Made by a program: the position numbers and the translations under genes
Origin: a virus
Taxonomy: Duplodnaviria > Caudoviricetes
Length of the DNA stretch: 64,000 bases
Virus record (IMG/VR): IMGVR_UViG_3300031993_000053
Location: 9,502 to 73,501 of that record
Direction: 5' to 3' (one strand)
The notes under the pieces: generated by a model
Database searches by the model: none
What the model saw: only the letters and a program-made list of their open reading frames with translations
What the model was told of the DNA's origin: nothing
In this document: positions 1 to 9,238 of the stretch, piece after piece
Position numbering within the stretch: the stretch's first letter is position 1
How the letters are laid out: each line of letters begins with the position of its first letter

Positions 1-2
1 AC

Positions 3-191
3 CTTGATAGACTTGAAAAGTTAGAGAAAGCAAACAAACTTATATTAGATAAGGTTGTTGATGTTAATAGAGAGGTAGTATTTAGAAACAATTATAGGGA
101 CTATTTAAACCATATGATAGTAAAAACATATCCTCTACACTACATTTTATCAAAGAAAGAGTGGGAGTTTTTAAAAGAGGTGTTTGGATGA
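3..191 (+). CDS. 5'-truncated small phage protein (LEKLEKA...VDV...EFLKEVF family)
   Basis: Own translation LDRLEKLEKANKLILDKVVDV...KKEWEFLKEVFG*; TGA overlaps next ATG (ATGA at 188-191). Confidence 0.6.
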   Translation, partial: LDRLEKLEKANKLILDKVVDVNREVVFRNNYRDYLNHMIVKTYPLHYILSKKEWEFLKEVFG

Positions 192-787
192 AACTATTAT
201 TATATTGCACTAAAGAAAAACCGTATTTAATTGGTGGTTATCATACACCTTATTATTTAGATAAAGGTGGTAAAAAATCAGTTATGGATGATAGAGATGA
301 TATATTAAATGGCAAAGTCGTGGCAGGATGTGATTTTGAGTTGGAAGAAATATTTAATGTTGGCGATGAATATGAGGGACTACAATTATATACAGAAACA
401 TTGAGTATTGAAGAAATTTTAAAAAAATCCTGTTTATCTTATAAAGATTATTTAGTATATGTATTATCTACTGAGAATTATGGTTATGCAATCCACATTA
501 AGAATTTGAAGATATTTGATGAACCGAGAGAACTGAATGATTTTGTTTTGTTAAATAAATATAGAGAAGATTTAAAAGGAACACAATATAATGTTTTAAC
601 AAAAGCACCACAAAATATGTGTAAAGTAGCCTATTCTAAAAATTGCATAAACAAATATAATTTTAATGATATTTACAAAGGTGAATGTGTTTTAATCTCA
701 ATTCGTCCTGAATGGTTATGCAAAATACTTAATGGTGAGAAAACGATTGAAGTAAGAAAGAAAGTTTTAAAGGAGATGAAAGATTAA
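188..787 (+). CDS. ASCH/PUA-like domain protein, circularly permuted
   Basis: ASCH N-terminal motif VLISIRPEW..KILNGEKTIEVRK is at the C-terminus; protein starts at LLLYCTK; true start likely ATG188. Confidence 0.7.
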   Translation: MKLLLYCTKEKPYLIGGYHTPYYLDKGGKKSVMDDRDDILNGKVVAGCDFELEEIFNVGDEYEGLQLYTETLSIEEILKKSCLSYKDYLVYVLSTENYGYAIHIKNLKIFDEPRELNDFVLLNKYREDLKGTQYNVLTKAPQNMCKVAYSKNCINKYNFNDIYKGECVLISIRPEWLCKILNGEKTIEVRKKVLKEMKD

Positions 788-1099
788 TGAAAAATAAAGA
801 TACAATTAGTCCTGCATATTATCTTGTAGTAAATCCTAAAGATTATAAGGAACTAAATAATAGATTAGAGAAATTAGAGAAAGCAACAAAAATCATAAAA
901 GATAAAAAAGTAGATGTACAGTTTTTTACTATTTACTTTTAATTATTACGATAAAATTAAAGAAGATAACGAAAAGAATGATAGAAACAGATGTTTTGTT
1001 AACTATAATACTTTTCAGCGTTATAAAATTACGAAAGAAGAATATGAATTACTAAATGAGGTATTTAATGAAAAAAGAAATAATAACTACTCCGACTGA
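787..1099 (+). pseudogene. LEKLEKA-family small gene split by a +1 frameshift at a T6 run
   Basis: Frame from ATG787 reads ...RLEKLEKATKIIKDKKVDVQFFTIYF*; the +1 frame continues FLLFTFNYY...KITKEEYELLNEVF, matching the paralog at 3-191. Confidence 0.5.
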
Positions 1100-1162
1100 T
1101 TTAAAATTCTCATTGTTGAATTAATTTTTACAATAAGGCTTATTTTAGAAAGGAATATTTAA

Positions 1163-1288
1163 ATGATTTATGCTATTATGATTTTTATTTTATGGACTTG
1201 GAATTTGACAGCTACATGGGTGAATATTGTTTGTACTATTTTATGCGGACTCGCATTATTATATGAAGGAAAGGACGACTTTAGTTAA
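1163..1288 (+). CDS. 41-aa hydrophobic (membrane) peptide, not in ORF track
   Basis: AGAAAGGA RBS; MIYAIMIFILWTWNLTATWVNIVCTILCGLALLYEGKDDFS*; stop overlaps next ATG. Confidence 0.5.
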   Translation: MIYAIMIFILWTWNLTATWVNIVCTILCGLALLYEGKDDFS

Positions 1289-1527
1289 TGACTGTAGAAA
1301 GTATTTATTATAATAAAATGTTTGGTGATAAAAGTCTTAATTATAGACTGACAACAAGAACTGAAAAAATTTATAGCGGCGAAATAAACACACGTTATTT
1401 TGCTCACTTTGATGATAATTTTTTTGAAGTAAGTAAAGAAGAGTATGATTACTTATTAGCTGAATTAAATAATAATCAAAATTTATTAAAAGATATATTT
1501 AAGAAAGTTAAAAAAGATGAAAAGTAA
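1288..1527 (+). CDS. hypothetical protein
   Basis: ORF track; coupled to upstream ORF. Confidence 0.6.
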   Translation: MTVESIYYNKMFGDKSLNYRLTTRTEKIYSGEINTRYFAHFDDNFFEVSKEEYDYLLAELNNNQNLLKDIFKKVKKDEK

Positions 1528-1776
1528 ACTAGCATTAGAAAGAAAGTTTTAAAAGAGGTGCTAAAATGAAACTAAATAAATCGCATGTATATTTGTTGAT
1601 ACGTAAAAATAAAATGAAATTGATTCGCCATAGAAAATATATTCGTAATAAATTATCAGATAAATTAATAGATTTAACATTGATGTTTCTCACTAAATCT
1701 TATAATTACGGAGCCGAAATCGATGATGAATCTTAGAAGGCGACTCTTAAATCTGGCTATCGCCCAGCACAAGAGT

Positions 1777-1810
1777 AACGGCTTAAATTGTTATATAATT
1801 ATGATATAAT
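1777..1810 (+). promoter_or_regulatory. AACGGCTTA-box / extended -10 promoter
   Basis: AACGGCTTA at 1777, TGATATAAT with TATAAT at 1805-1810. Confidence 0.75.
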
Positions 1811-1836
1811 ATAATAAAATAAAGAAAGGAAAAAGT

Positions 1837-2073
1837 ATGACAAGTAAAGAAATTTTTGGTAAGTTATTTGATAAGAAAAGTAAAGATGACAAATTATCAG
1901 ATCATTATGAAGAAATAACGGCACTTAAAAATAAAATAAGTTTTATGGCACGTTATTTAGGTAAATTAAAAGATTTGGAAGATATTTGTAGAGCCAATAT
2001 AAATATTGTTTCGGATCCTAAAATTAAAATTGCTTTACGTGAAATCGATAAAATCTTAGACTTTAAGAAATAA
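1837..2073 (+). CDS. hypothetical coiled-coil protein
   Basis: ORF track, AGAAAGGA RBS. Confidence 0.7.
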   Translation: MTSKEIFGKLFDKKSKDDKLSDHYEEITALKNKISFMARYLGKLKDLEDICRANINIVSDPKIKIALREIDKILDFKK

Positions 2074-2120
2074 TATGGAGCCTTTTGAAGAGGCGCCAAC
2101 AAAACAGTTAGGAAATAAAT

Positions 2121-2651
2121 ATGAACTTTTTAGACTTTTTAAAATCTGAAGACATGATTGTTATTCATATATATAATCGAGACTTATGTGAAAAAGTAGC
2201 AAATACTTTAAATAAACTTATTGCTGATAATCATATTGCTAAAGATATAAGAGGATTTCATAAAATTTTACAGCCCTGCTATGATGCTAGTTGGTTTGAT
2301 GATTATGAAGATAAAACTTGTTTAGCTAATACTGGAGAGTTTTGCTCTTTAGAACTTGCTAAAAATGAAGGCTATAAAATTTTTAGGATTGAAGACGTTT
2401 TTTGGAAAGATAGCAATGGTAAATTATACTTTAATGATGAAGTTAATTATGTTTATTTAAAAAATATTTGTAAAGCAATTCCTGAAGGCAAAGGCGATAA
2501 AAATTTTATGAGTGATAATGGTAAAGATAAAGAATACACACGAGTAAAAGCAATTTATACTGAAGCTGTTAATCGAGGAATTCTTACAGTTGATGAGGCG
2601 GAAGAATTATTAAATAGAGTAAAGTTAGTATTAGATGAAGTAATTTTATAA
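2121..2651 (+). CDS. hypothetical protein
   Basis: ORF track, AGGA RBS. Confidence 0.7.
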   Translation: MNFLDFLKSEDMIVIHIYNRDLCEKVANTLNKLIADNHIAKDIRGFHKILQPCYDASWFDDYEDKTCLANTGEFCSLELAKNEGYKIFRIEDVFWKDSNGKLYFNDEVNYVYLKNICKAIPEGKGDKNFMSDNGKDKEYTRVKAIYTEAVNRGILTVDEAEELLNRVKLVLDEVIL

Positions 2652-2672
2652 GTTTATTAGAAAGGAATAAAT

Positions 2673-3293
2673 ATGGATTTTAGTGATTTATCAGTAAAAA
2701 ATAAATATGCTATTTATTGTCTAAATCAAGGTGTTTATAATGATCTTGGTGAATTAGGTGAATTAGATGAATTAGATCATGGTTGGTTCAAATTAGATGA
2801 TGATAATGATTTAGTTAATCCAGAATCAACATTGCAATTTGTTTTAACTGATACAGGTAAACTTGTTACACTTGATAAAGTGAAAAAATTAATTAGTAAA
2901 GGCTATAAAATAGTATATCCAATATTAAATGATAAAGGTATACTTAATATTTTTTCATTTATTCCTTTAACTTATGAAAAGTATAGTAAATTATATAATT
3001 GTTTATATAGTTTAATTGATACTAATTATTCTCATAATATAATTAGGGTTACTTCTGTAGATGAGTTTAGATCAATTATATTGATGATTATGGATATAAG
3101 TAAAGATAAAAATACTGGAATGAAACCTGATATTATTAAACGCATGTTTGATAAATTAAATAATGGTGAAGCTATTTATATTCATATTGATAATCTTGAT
3201 GAGTATACAGATATAACAGATGTAAGTATTTATGAAGTTGATTTAGATGGAACAAATCGTTCTGATTATAAATTATATAAGGTGATAGTATGA
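2673..3293 (+). CDS. hypothetical protein
   Basis: ORF track, AGAAAGGA RBS. Confidence 0.7.
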   Translation: MDFSDLSVKNKYAIYCLNQGVYNDLGELGELDELDHGWFKLDDDNDLVNPESTLQFVLTDTGKLVTLDKVKKLISKGYKIVYPILNDKGILNIFSFIPLTYEKYSKLYNCLYSLIDTNYSHNIIRVTSVDEFRSIILMIMDISKDKNTGMKPDIIKRMFDKLNNGEAIYIHIDNLDEYTDITDVSIYEVDLDGTNRSDYKLYKVIV

Positions 3294-3580
3294 AACGATT
3301 TTTATTCGAATGCGGACATGTAAGTGAAGGTGATCATTGTAAAATTTGTGGATGCGAACGAATTCAGTTTCAGATCCATAACATCCGAGACCACCTTGAC
3401 GGTCGGCAAGCGATGTGTGGAAAGAAAATTATAAAATCAAGGTGGGACCTACCCGGGTTTGTATATAGACCAAATGAAAAATATGATTTGTTTTTGTTTG
3501 GTAATAGAGATAAAGCATTTGGAACTGGCGTAGTTTATAAAATTGGTATTGATGGAGATTCAATAAGAGAGGACAAATAA
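3290..3580 (+). CDS. small Cys-rich (Zn-ribbon-like) protein
   Basis: ECGH...CKICGC motif. Confidence 0.55.
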   Translation: MKRFLFECGHVSEGDHCKICGCERIQFQIHNIRDHLDGRQAMCGKKIIKSRWDLPGFVYRPNEKYDLFLFGNRDKAFGTGVVYKIGIDGDSIREDK

Positions 3581-3581
3581 A

Positions 3582-4373
3582 ATGGAATTTGGTACAGATG
3601 CTAAAAAGGTATTAGACAAATTAAATAAAGACTTAAAAAAAGCTTTAGATATATTGCCTGAAGAAGATCATTTAAAAGATCCTTTTGATTATTTTCCATA
3701 TGATAAAGAAACTGCTAAAGATATTAGTCCTAAAGTTGGTGATCCTACTATTACTCATTATGATTATGGTTCAGGCAAGCCATTACCTATTGATGATATT
3801 TGTGATTCTGAATATACTTTTAGTACACCGTTTGATCCTATTAAACTTGTTTTACCTGATATTGAAGAAATAAACAAGAAAATGTTTGATAGTTTGGTTT
3901 TAACTAAAAAGTTTAAAGATAAATTAAATCTTGAATGGGAAACTGATTATGCTGATAGAATTTTTATTGTCCGAGATGATAAAGGCAAATATTATAGATT
4001 CACACAGGATTTAATAAATAATGATTTTTTATGTACAAAAGATGACTTTGATAATAGATGTTATAGATTAGCTGATACATTATTTGTTATAGATTCAATG
4101 TCTGGTTGGAAAAAAGTCTATAATTATTATAAAGAAATACAAATATTACCAATAAGACAAATTCAAGAATATTTTTTATTTAAAGACGATGAATTTTCAA
4201 CAAATTTAAATAAACCAAAAGTTATTCAATTTATTGATAATTTTAATATAGCAGCAAATAAAACTGAAGTTCGATTATTTCGATATTCACTAAATAATTT
4301 TGATGAAGTAAATGAATATATTAAACAGCGCAAGAAAACAAACCCAAATATAAAAGTGGTAAGAGTGAAATAA
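3582..4373 (+). CDS. hypothetical protein, paralog of 4375-5262
   Basis: Shared C-terminal block (F.IDS..G...(Y/W).YYK ... V(R/K)(V/I)K). Confidence 0.7.
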   Translation: MEFGTDAKKVLDKLNKDLKKALDILPEEDHLKDPFDYFPYDKETAKDISPKVGDPTITHYDYGSGKPLPIDDICDSEYTFSTPFDPIKLVLPDIEEINKKMFDSLVLTKKFKDKLNLEWETDYADRIFIVRDDKGKYYRFTQDLINNDFLCTKDDFDNRCYRLADTLFVIDSMSGWKKVYNYYKEIQILPIRQIQEYFLFKDDEFSTNLNKPKVIQFIDNFNIAANKTEVRLFRYSLNNFDEVNEYIKQRKKTNPNIKVVRVK

Positions 4374-4374
4374 A

Positions 4375-5262
4375 ATGAATGAAGATGATAAAAAAGAATA
4401 TATAATTTCAAGCTCAAGTGATTCAACAAGTGATTCGGGAACTCCGACTTCGTCAGGAGTCTCTGATAGTATAATTAGTAATACTGATACTGGTACTATT
4501 ATTATCGATGATAAATTAAGCTCTGGTTCATATAAAGAGTTTAAAGGAATATTGGACGATACAACTACTGGTGGGGTTATACATGAAAAAATTATGACTG
4601 GTGTACCAGTCTGGGATGAAAAGTGGGAAGGTGAATCTGAATCTACATTTGAAGTAAAAGATCCATATGAATATAATATGTTAGATGTTATGTATTTAAC
4701 TAATAAAAAGATTGATTCATATTTTTTAGCAACAAAAGAACCACTTGCTGATAAAATTGTTTGGATGGTATTAGATCGAGATAATGGATATGACTATTTT
4801 TCAACACATTTACCAGAAGGTGAAACATCTCCTTATAAATATGAATTTGCAATTAAAAAAGAAGATACTGATGAATTGATGTATAATTTAAAAAATACTT
4901 GGTTTGTTATAGATTCAGTTGCAGGTTTATATAAATTATGGTCATATTATAAATATATAGTAAGTGAAGTATGTGGTAAATTAAGATATATAGAAAGTTT
5001 AGAAAATGATTTACATGAGCATCAAGAATCACTTTGGAATAGTGTAGATTTAAAAAGTTGGCCAACCGCTTTTGAAAAATATGATTTAAAATTAATGGTT
5101 AAATTTAGAATTGAATATGTAGCATATAAAATTGGTGATGATATACCAGGTAAATTAACATTGTTATATAATTCATTAATTGGTAATCATAATCTAAAAG
5201 ATTGGATTGATAATTATGTTAGAAAATTTAATAAAAATGATAAAGTAGTAAAAATAAAGTAA
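4375..5262 (+). CDS. hypothetical protein, paralog of 3582-4373, Ser-rich N-terminus
   Basis: ORF track; shared C-terminal block. Confidence 0.7.
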   Translation: MNEDDKKEYIISSSSDSTSDSGTPTSSGVSDSIISNTDTGTIIIDDKLSSGSYKEFKGILDDTTTGGVIHEKIMTGVPVWDEKWEGESESTFEVKDPYEYNMLDVMYLTNKKIDSYFLATKEPLADKIVWMVLDRDNGYDYFSTHLPEGETSPYKYEFAIKKEDTDELMYNLKNTWFVIDSVAGLYKLWSYYKYIVSEVCGKLRYIESLENDLHEHQESLWNSVDLKSWPTAFEKYDLKLMVKFRIEYVAYKIGDDIPGKLTLLYNSLIGNHNLKDWIDNYVRKFNKNDKVVKIK

Positions 5263-5294
5263 CGGCTTAATTATATTTTAAATTATGATATAAT
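5261..5294 (+). promoter_or_regulatory. AACGGCTTA-box / extended -10 promoter driving tRNA
   Basis: AACGGCTTA 5261, TATAAT 5289-5294. Confidence 0.75.
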
Positions 5295-5309
5295 TAATTA
5301 TAAAGATTT

Positions 5310-5384
5310 AGCGGAGTAGAGGAAAGGTACCTCGTGAGACTCATAACCTCAAGGTTGGTGGTTCGAGTCCACCCTCCGCCACCA
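5310..5384 (+). tRNA. tRNA-Met (CAT), initiator-like
   Basis: Cloverleaf AGCGGAG/CTCCGCC, D-stem GAGG/CCTC, anticodon loop CTCATAA, T-loop TTCGAGT, encoded CCA; A1.C72 mismatch and A11-U24. Confidence 0.93.
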
Positions 5385-5404
5385 TTTGAAATTTATAAAG
5401 AGAA

Positions 5405-5580
5405 AGTAAACTCGCAAAAACTTTGGCAATAGAGAAAGTCCGCCATGATTAGTAAGGTTAAAAGGGGACGTTACCTCGAGAGTGGGATGGGCTAAGAAGA
5501 CCACATTAAAGAGTGTTCGGACTGTGCGAGACAGCTGGCGTCGAAGCCGATAAACTGGCACGAGGTTAAGTGCACTTTAA
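5405..5580 (+). ncRNA. candidate structured RNA downstream of tRNA
   Basis: GC-rich island in AT-rich DNA, no plus-strand ORF in the track; nested helices CTCGCA(5411)/TGCGAG(5525) and AGTCCG(5437)/CGGACT(5518). Confidence 0.45.
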
Positions 5581-5597
5581 AATGAAAGGAATAAAAT

Positions 5598-6170
5598 ATG
5601 GGAAATGAATTGAAGCGAACTAAATTAGGTGAATGGTTATTTAATTCAGTAAATAAAGTGAGTCTTTATATTGCATATCATAAAGTATTATTTTATATTT
5701 TATCATATACATGGGGACTAATTACAACACTATTTGGTTGGATTGTTTATTTATTTTTAAGAATATTTTTTAAAAATAAAATTCAATTAAAAGGAAAATT
5801 TTTTACAGCAAGATATATAATGTTATTTGATGAATGGGGTGGTCTTGAACTTGGCACAAATTTTATATTAGCTGGTAATATGGGAAAATATTTTACCGAG
5901 CATACAAAGTGTCATGAACTCGGCCACACTTATCAAAATGCGGCCCTCGGGCCCTTTGCTATAATATTTATCTTTATTCCTTCTGTTATACAATATTGGA
6001 TTCAGCGACTTAGAAAAGATCAATCTAAGAATAAGCCTTATGATTTAATTTGGTTTGAAGGTTCAGCAACTTATATTGGTGAAACTTTATTATCAAATTT
6101 AGAGCATAAAGATTATCATTATTATAATGAGCAATATCAATTCAATAACAATTATGGAGCAAATATATGA
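5598..6170 (+). CDS. membrane-anchored zincin-like (HExxH) protein
   Basis: N-terminal TM segment; KCHELGHTYQNAALGP; second acidic motif WFEGSA. Confidence 0.65.
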   Translation: MGNELKRTKLGEWLFNSVNKVSLYIAYHKVLFYILSYTWGLITTLFGWIVYLFLRIFFKNKIQLKGKFFTARYIMLFDEWGGLELGTNFILAGNMGKYFTEHTKCHELGHTYQNAALGPFAIIFIFIPSVIQYWIQRLRKDQSKNKPYDLIWFEGSATYIGETLLSNLEHKDYHYYNEQYQFNNNYGANI

Positions 6171-6574
6171 ATATAGCAGATAAAGAAATAAAAAAATTTT
6201 TTGACGATCTTTTAAATAAATATATAGAAGAATATATAGAAGAAGACTTAAATTCTACTGTAAATGCTTATAAATATGAACCAAATAATTTTGATGAATT
6301 AATGATGGATGGATATTGTTATCATATTTTAAATAAAGAAGCTTTAGATTATTTTCTATTTCGTAGAAAAACTTTTGAAAGTATAGATCAAATTAAATTT
6401 TATCAAGATCTTTTAAATTGTAATAATTCAATAGTATTTTATTATAATCAAAAATTAAAAGTGTTTCAAACGTTTATAGTTGGAAAAGTTGATATTAAAG
6501 AATTAAAAATATATTTAAAAGAATTAACAGAAAGAGAAGATATTAAATTAATTAAGGTAGGAGTCAAAACATGA
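6167..6574 (+). CDS. hypothetical protein
   Basis: ORF track, ATGA coupling. Confidence 0.65.
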   Translation: MNIADKEIKKFFDDLLNKYIEEYIEEDLNSTVNAYKYEPNNFDELMMDGYCYHILNKEALDYFLFRRKTFESIDQIKFYQDLLNCNNSIVFYYNQKLKVFQTFIVGKVDIKELKIYLKELTEREDIKLIKVGVKT

Positions 6575-6825
6575 AAAAATACATAGTAAGAGTTCAGTAT
6601 ACAGAAAGGCATGATTTAGTTGAACTAATAAAAGCTAAAGATGATTATGATTTAGAAAAAATTTTATATAAAAATTATAAAAATTATTTTGATTTAATTG
6701 ACGGATTTGAATACGACAAAATTAAAAATTATATGTTTAGAAAAAAGAACCAACCGTGGCTATTATGTGGGTCATGGATTGGTGCTGATTGTTTAAAGGA
6801 GTTATATGAAAATAGAAATAACTAA
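6571..6825 (+). CDS. hypothetical protein
   Basis: ORF track, AGGAG RBS. Confidence 0.6.
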   Translation: MKKYIVRVQYTERHDLVELIKAKDDYDLEKILYKNYKNYFDLIDGFEYDKIKNYMFRKKNQPWLLCGSWIGADCLKELYENRNN

Positions 6826-7507
6826 AGACCCTTATTATGAAGGAGATTATATTTTTGATAACGATTTATTAGAATTAAAAGAAAATTCAATAACTTGTTT
6901 TGTTGGTTGTAATGGTTCAGGCAAAACTACATTACTTCATAGAATTAGGGATTACTTAAAAAAGGATTGTAAAACAAATGAAATCAAGCATGATTTTTAT
7001 GGGCATGCTTTTGATAAAGCAGTAAAAATTCTTTTTGATGAAGATGATTCTGAACCGGATTTATATTTTTTAGATTTTGATAAAGATAGTAATGTAACTT
7101 ATACTGAGTCTGACTATTTTATGAATGCAGCTGGTATTGCATATTCATCAACTGGTGAAGGAATAGTTGATCGTCTTGGTAAAAATATGCAACTATTAGG
7201 ATCAACTATTAAAGATTTACATGATACTAAATTAATAATATTTTTTGATGATTGCGATGCTGGAACATCTATTGATATGATTAATGAAATTAAAAATGTA
7301 CTTAAACATATTATTAATACTTGCAAGAAACAAAATATAACTTATTATATTTTATTAACTTCAAATTCATATGAAATGGCAAGAGATTTAAACTGTGTTA
7401 GTGTTCATGATTTTAGTGAGCAACATTTTAAAGATTATGAAGATTATAAGCAATTTGTTTTAAAAAGTAGAGAAAGAAAAAATAAGAGGTTTAAAGAAAA
7501 TGATTAA
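6806..7507 (+). CDS. stand-alone ABC-type ATPase
   Basis: Walker A GCNGSGKTT, signature-like SSTGEG, Walker B IIFFDDCD. Confidence 0.8.
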   Translation: MKIEITKDPYYEGDYIFDNDLLELKENSITCFVGCNGSGKTTLLHRIRDYLKKDCKTNEIKHDFYGHAFDKAVKILFDEDDSEPDLYFLDFDKDSNVTYTESDYFMNAAGIAYSSTGEGIVDRLGKNMQLLGSTIKDLHDTKLIIFFDDCDAGTSIDMINEIKNVLKHIINTCKKQNITYYILLTSNSYEMARDLNCVSVHDFSEQHFKDYEDYKQFVLKSRERKNKRFKEND

Positions 7508-7880
7508 AGATTATTTTGAAAAACTTGATGACTTTGTTTGTATAAATATAAATGAACATGAATTATCATATTCAAGCGATCATTGTAAAGATATTGATGA
7601 AGTAATAAATTGCTTAGCATATCTTGAAAAATTTAAAAATATTGAAGAAGATTTTGGTTTAGATTTATTAGAAATTTTAACAGCAAAAGTTGTTTATATA
7701 AAAGTTATTACAAACATAGCTCCACTTAAACGAAATAAAATTGTAAAAGTAAAAAATTTTAAATTTGATTTTAATAATAAAATTATGCAAATATTCTGTG
7801 ATGGTGGCTTATATAATGAAAGCTTTGATAATTATAAAATAACTTGGTCTTTTAATAAAGGAGATTTAAAAAATGACTAA
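7500..7880 (+). CDS. hypothetical phage protein
   Basis: ORF track; coupled. Confidence 0.65.
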   Translation: MIKDYFEKLDDFVCININEHELSYSSDHCKDIDEVINCLAYLEKFKNIEEDFGLDLLEILTAKVVYIKVITNIAPLKRNKIVKVKNFKFDFNNKIMQIFCDGGLYNESFDNYKITWSFNKGDLKND

Positions 7881-8322
7881 TATTGAATGCGATAATTTAA
7901 TAAATAATTCTCTTAATGATATTTTTAAAAATCATAAAGATAGTAAAGAAGTTATAAATAAATTAGATGGTGAGCTTGATCTTCACCAAAAATTAATTTT
8001 ATTAAGCTATTATTTAAAATATAAATTTGTTAATAAACCAGATAATGAAATTGAATATAAAAATGAAGATAGTTTACCAAATATAATAAAGGAAATTATT
8101 CCATTTATAGTTCATGATACTGCTGATACTGTTTATACTTACAGAAAAACTTCTGATAGTATTTTAATAAAAAATGTTATTTTTGAAATTTATAAATTAT
8201 TTGAACTTGGTAAAACAAGATTTAATAGAACTACTATTACAATGACAAATGATACCTATAAAACGGCAATGGACTTTTTTAAAAGAATTTTAAAAGATAA
8301 TGGCTTATTAAAAAGGCAATAA
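7873..8322 (+). CDS. hypothetical protein
   Basis: ORF track; coupled. Confidence 0.65.
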   Translation: MTNIECDNLINNSLNDIFKNHKDSKEVINKLDGELDLHQKLILLSYYLKYKFVNKPDNEIEYKNEDSLPNIIKEIIPFIVHDTADTVYTYRKTSDSILIKNVIFEIYKLFELGKTRFNRTTITMTNDTYKTAMDFFKRILKDNGLLKRQ

Positions 8323-8361
8323 AAAGCGATAAAAATATAATTATTAAAAGGAGAAATTATT

Positions 8362-8649
8362 ATGGTAAATTTAGTTATTAATGCTGACACAAAAAGAAAA
8401 TATGGAACTGCATTAGGAACAATTGCAGATTCTAAACCAACAAGTAGATCATCAACGGGAGTTAGAGGTGTTTATAAAGTTTGGTATAAAGATTTATATC
8501 AAGCAAGAATTCAAATTAATGGTAAAGAAATTATTTTAATTACAACTCCTGATTTTGAAGAAGCAGTAAACGTTAGAAAAGAAGCTGAAGAAACTTATTA
8601 TAAACCAATTGTTGATAGAGCAATTAATAATGGAGATTTTATTGCTTAA
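8362..8649 (+). CDS. stand-alone AP2-like DNA-binding protein
   Basis: STGVRGVY...YQARIQINGKEI.L....DFEEAVNVRKEAE pattern; no HNH domain. Confidence 0.75.
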   Translation: MVNLVINADTKRKYGTALGTIADSKPTSRSSTGVRGVYKVWYKDLYQARIQINGKEIILITTPDFEEAVNVRKEAEETYYKPIVDRAINNGDFIA

Positions 8650-8906
8650 TGGAATTTAACATTGGTGATAAATTTAAATTAGTTAAAAACTGTTTGGGGG
8701 AAACTTTAAATACAACCATAACTATTTTAAATGAACCAAATAACAGAAATATGGTTTTAGTTAAATCCGAATGGTTTGTTATAAAAATTGAAGGTAAAGT
8801 TAAAAAGACTGATGAATCATGGCTTGGAGTAGATTATTTAGAAGACCGATTAAATAGAGGATATGCTATTAGAGTAGAGAAAAAAGGTAATAAAGATGAA
8901 AAATAA
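8649..8906 (+). CDS. hypothetical protein
   Basis: ORF track. Confidence 0.6.
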   Translation: MEFNIGDKFKLVKNCLGETLNTTITILNEPNNRNMVLVKSEWFVIKIEGKVKKTDESWLGVDYLEDRLNRGYAIRVEKKGNKDEK

Positions 8907-8967
8907 ATGGCATAAAATATATTTTGATATATATAATTAAATTATAGCGAAAGGTTATTGATATAGA

Positions 8968-9234
8968 ATGAAATTAATTGATGATATTGAAGATTTAAAA
9001 ACATTACAAGCAACAATTGATCATCCAATTGGACGATATAGAATTGCAAAGTTAATTGAAAAATTAGAATATATTAAAACTCTAACTGATTTGTTTGATA
9101 AAGAGGTTAGCCGTGCTTATTTTCATGTTAAAAGAATACATAATATTCCATGGTTATTTTTTAGGGATAAAGAATTAATGTTATTAACAGAAAAGCAAGC
9201 AGAAAATATTAATAAAATTATAAAAAGTAGGTGA
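8968..9234 (+). CDS. hypothetical protein
   Basis: ORF track. Confidence 0.6.
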   Translation: MKLIDDIEDLKTLQATIDHPIGRYRIAKLIEKLEYIKTLTDLFDKEVSRAYFHVKRIHNIPWLFFRDKELMLLTEKQAENINKIIKSR

Positions 9235-9238
9235 TGAT

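Noticed and set aside
5431-5480. RNase P RNA or tmRNA
   Set aside because: Only short 5' motifs match; no P4 partner/CR-V, no tmRNA T-arm/CCA or tag ORF, and the region is too short
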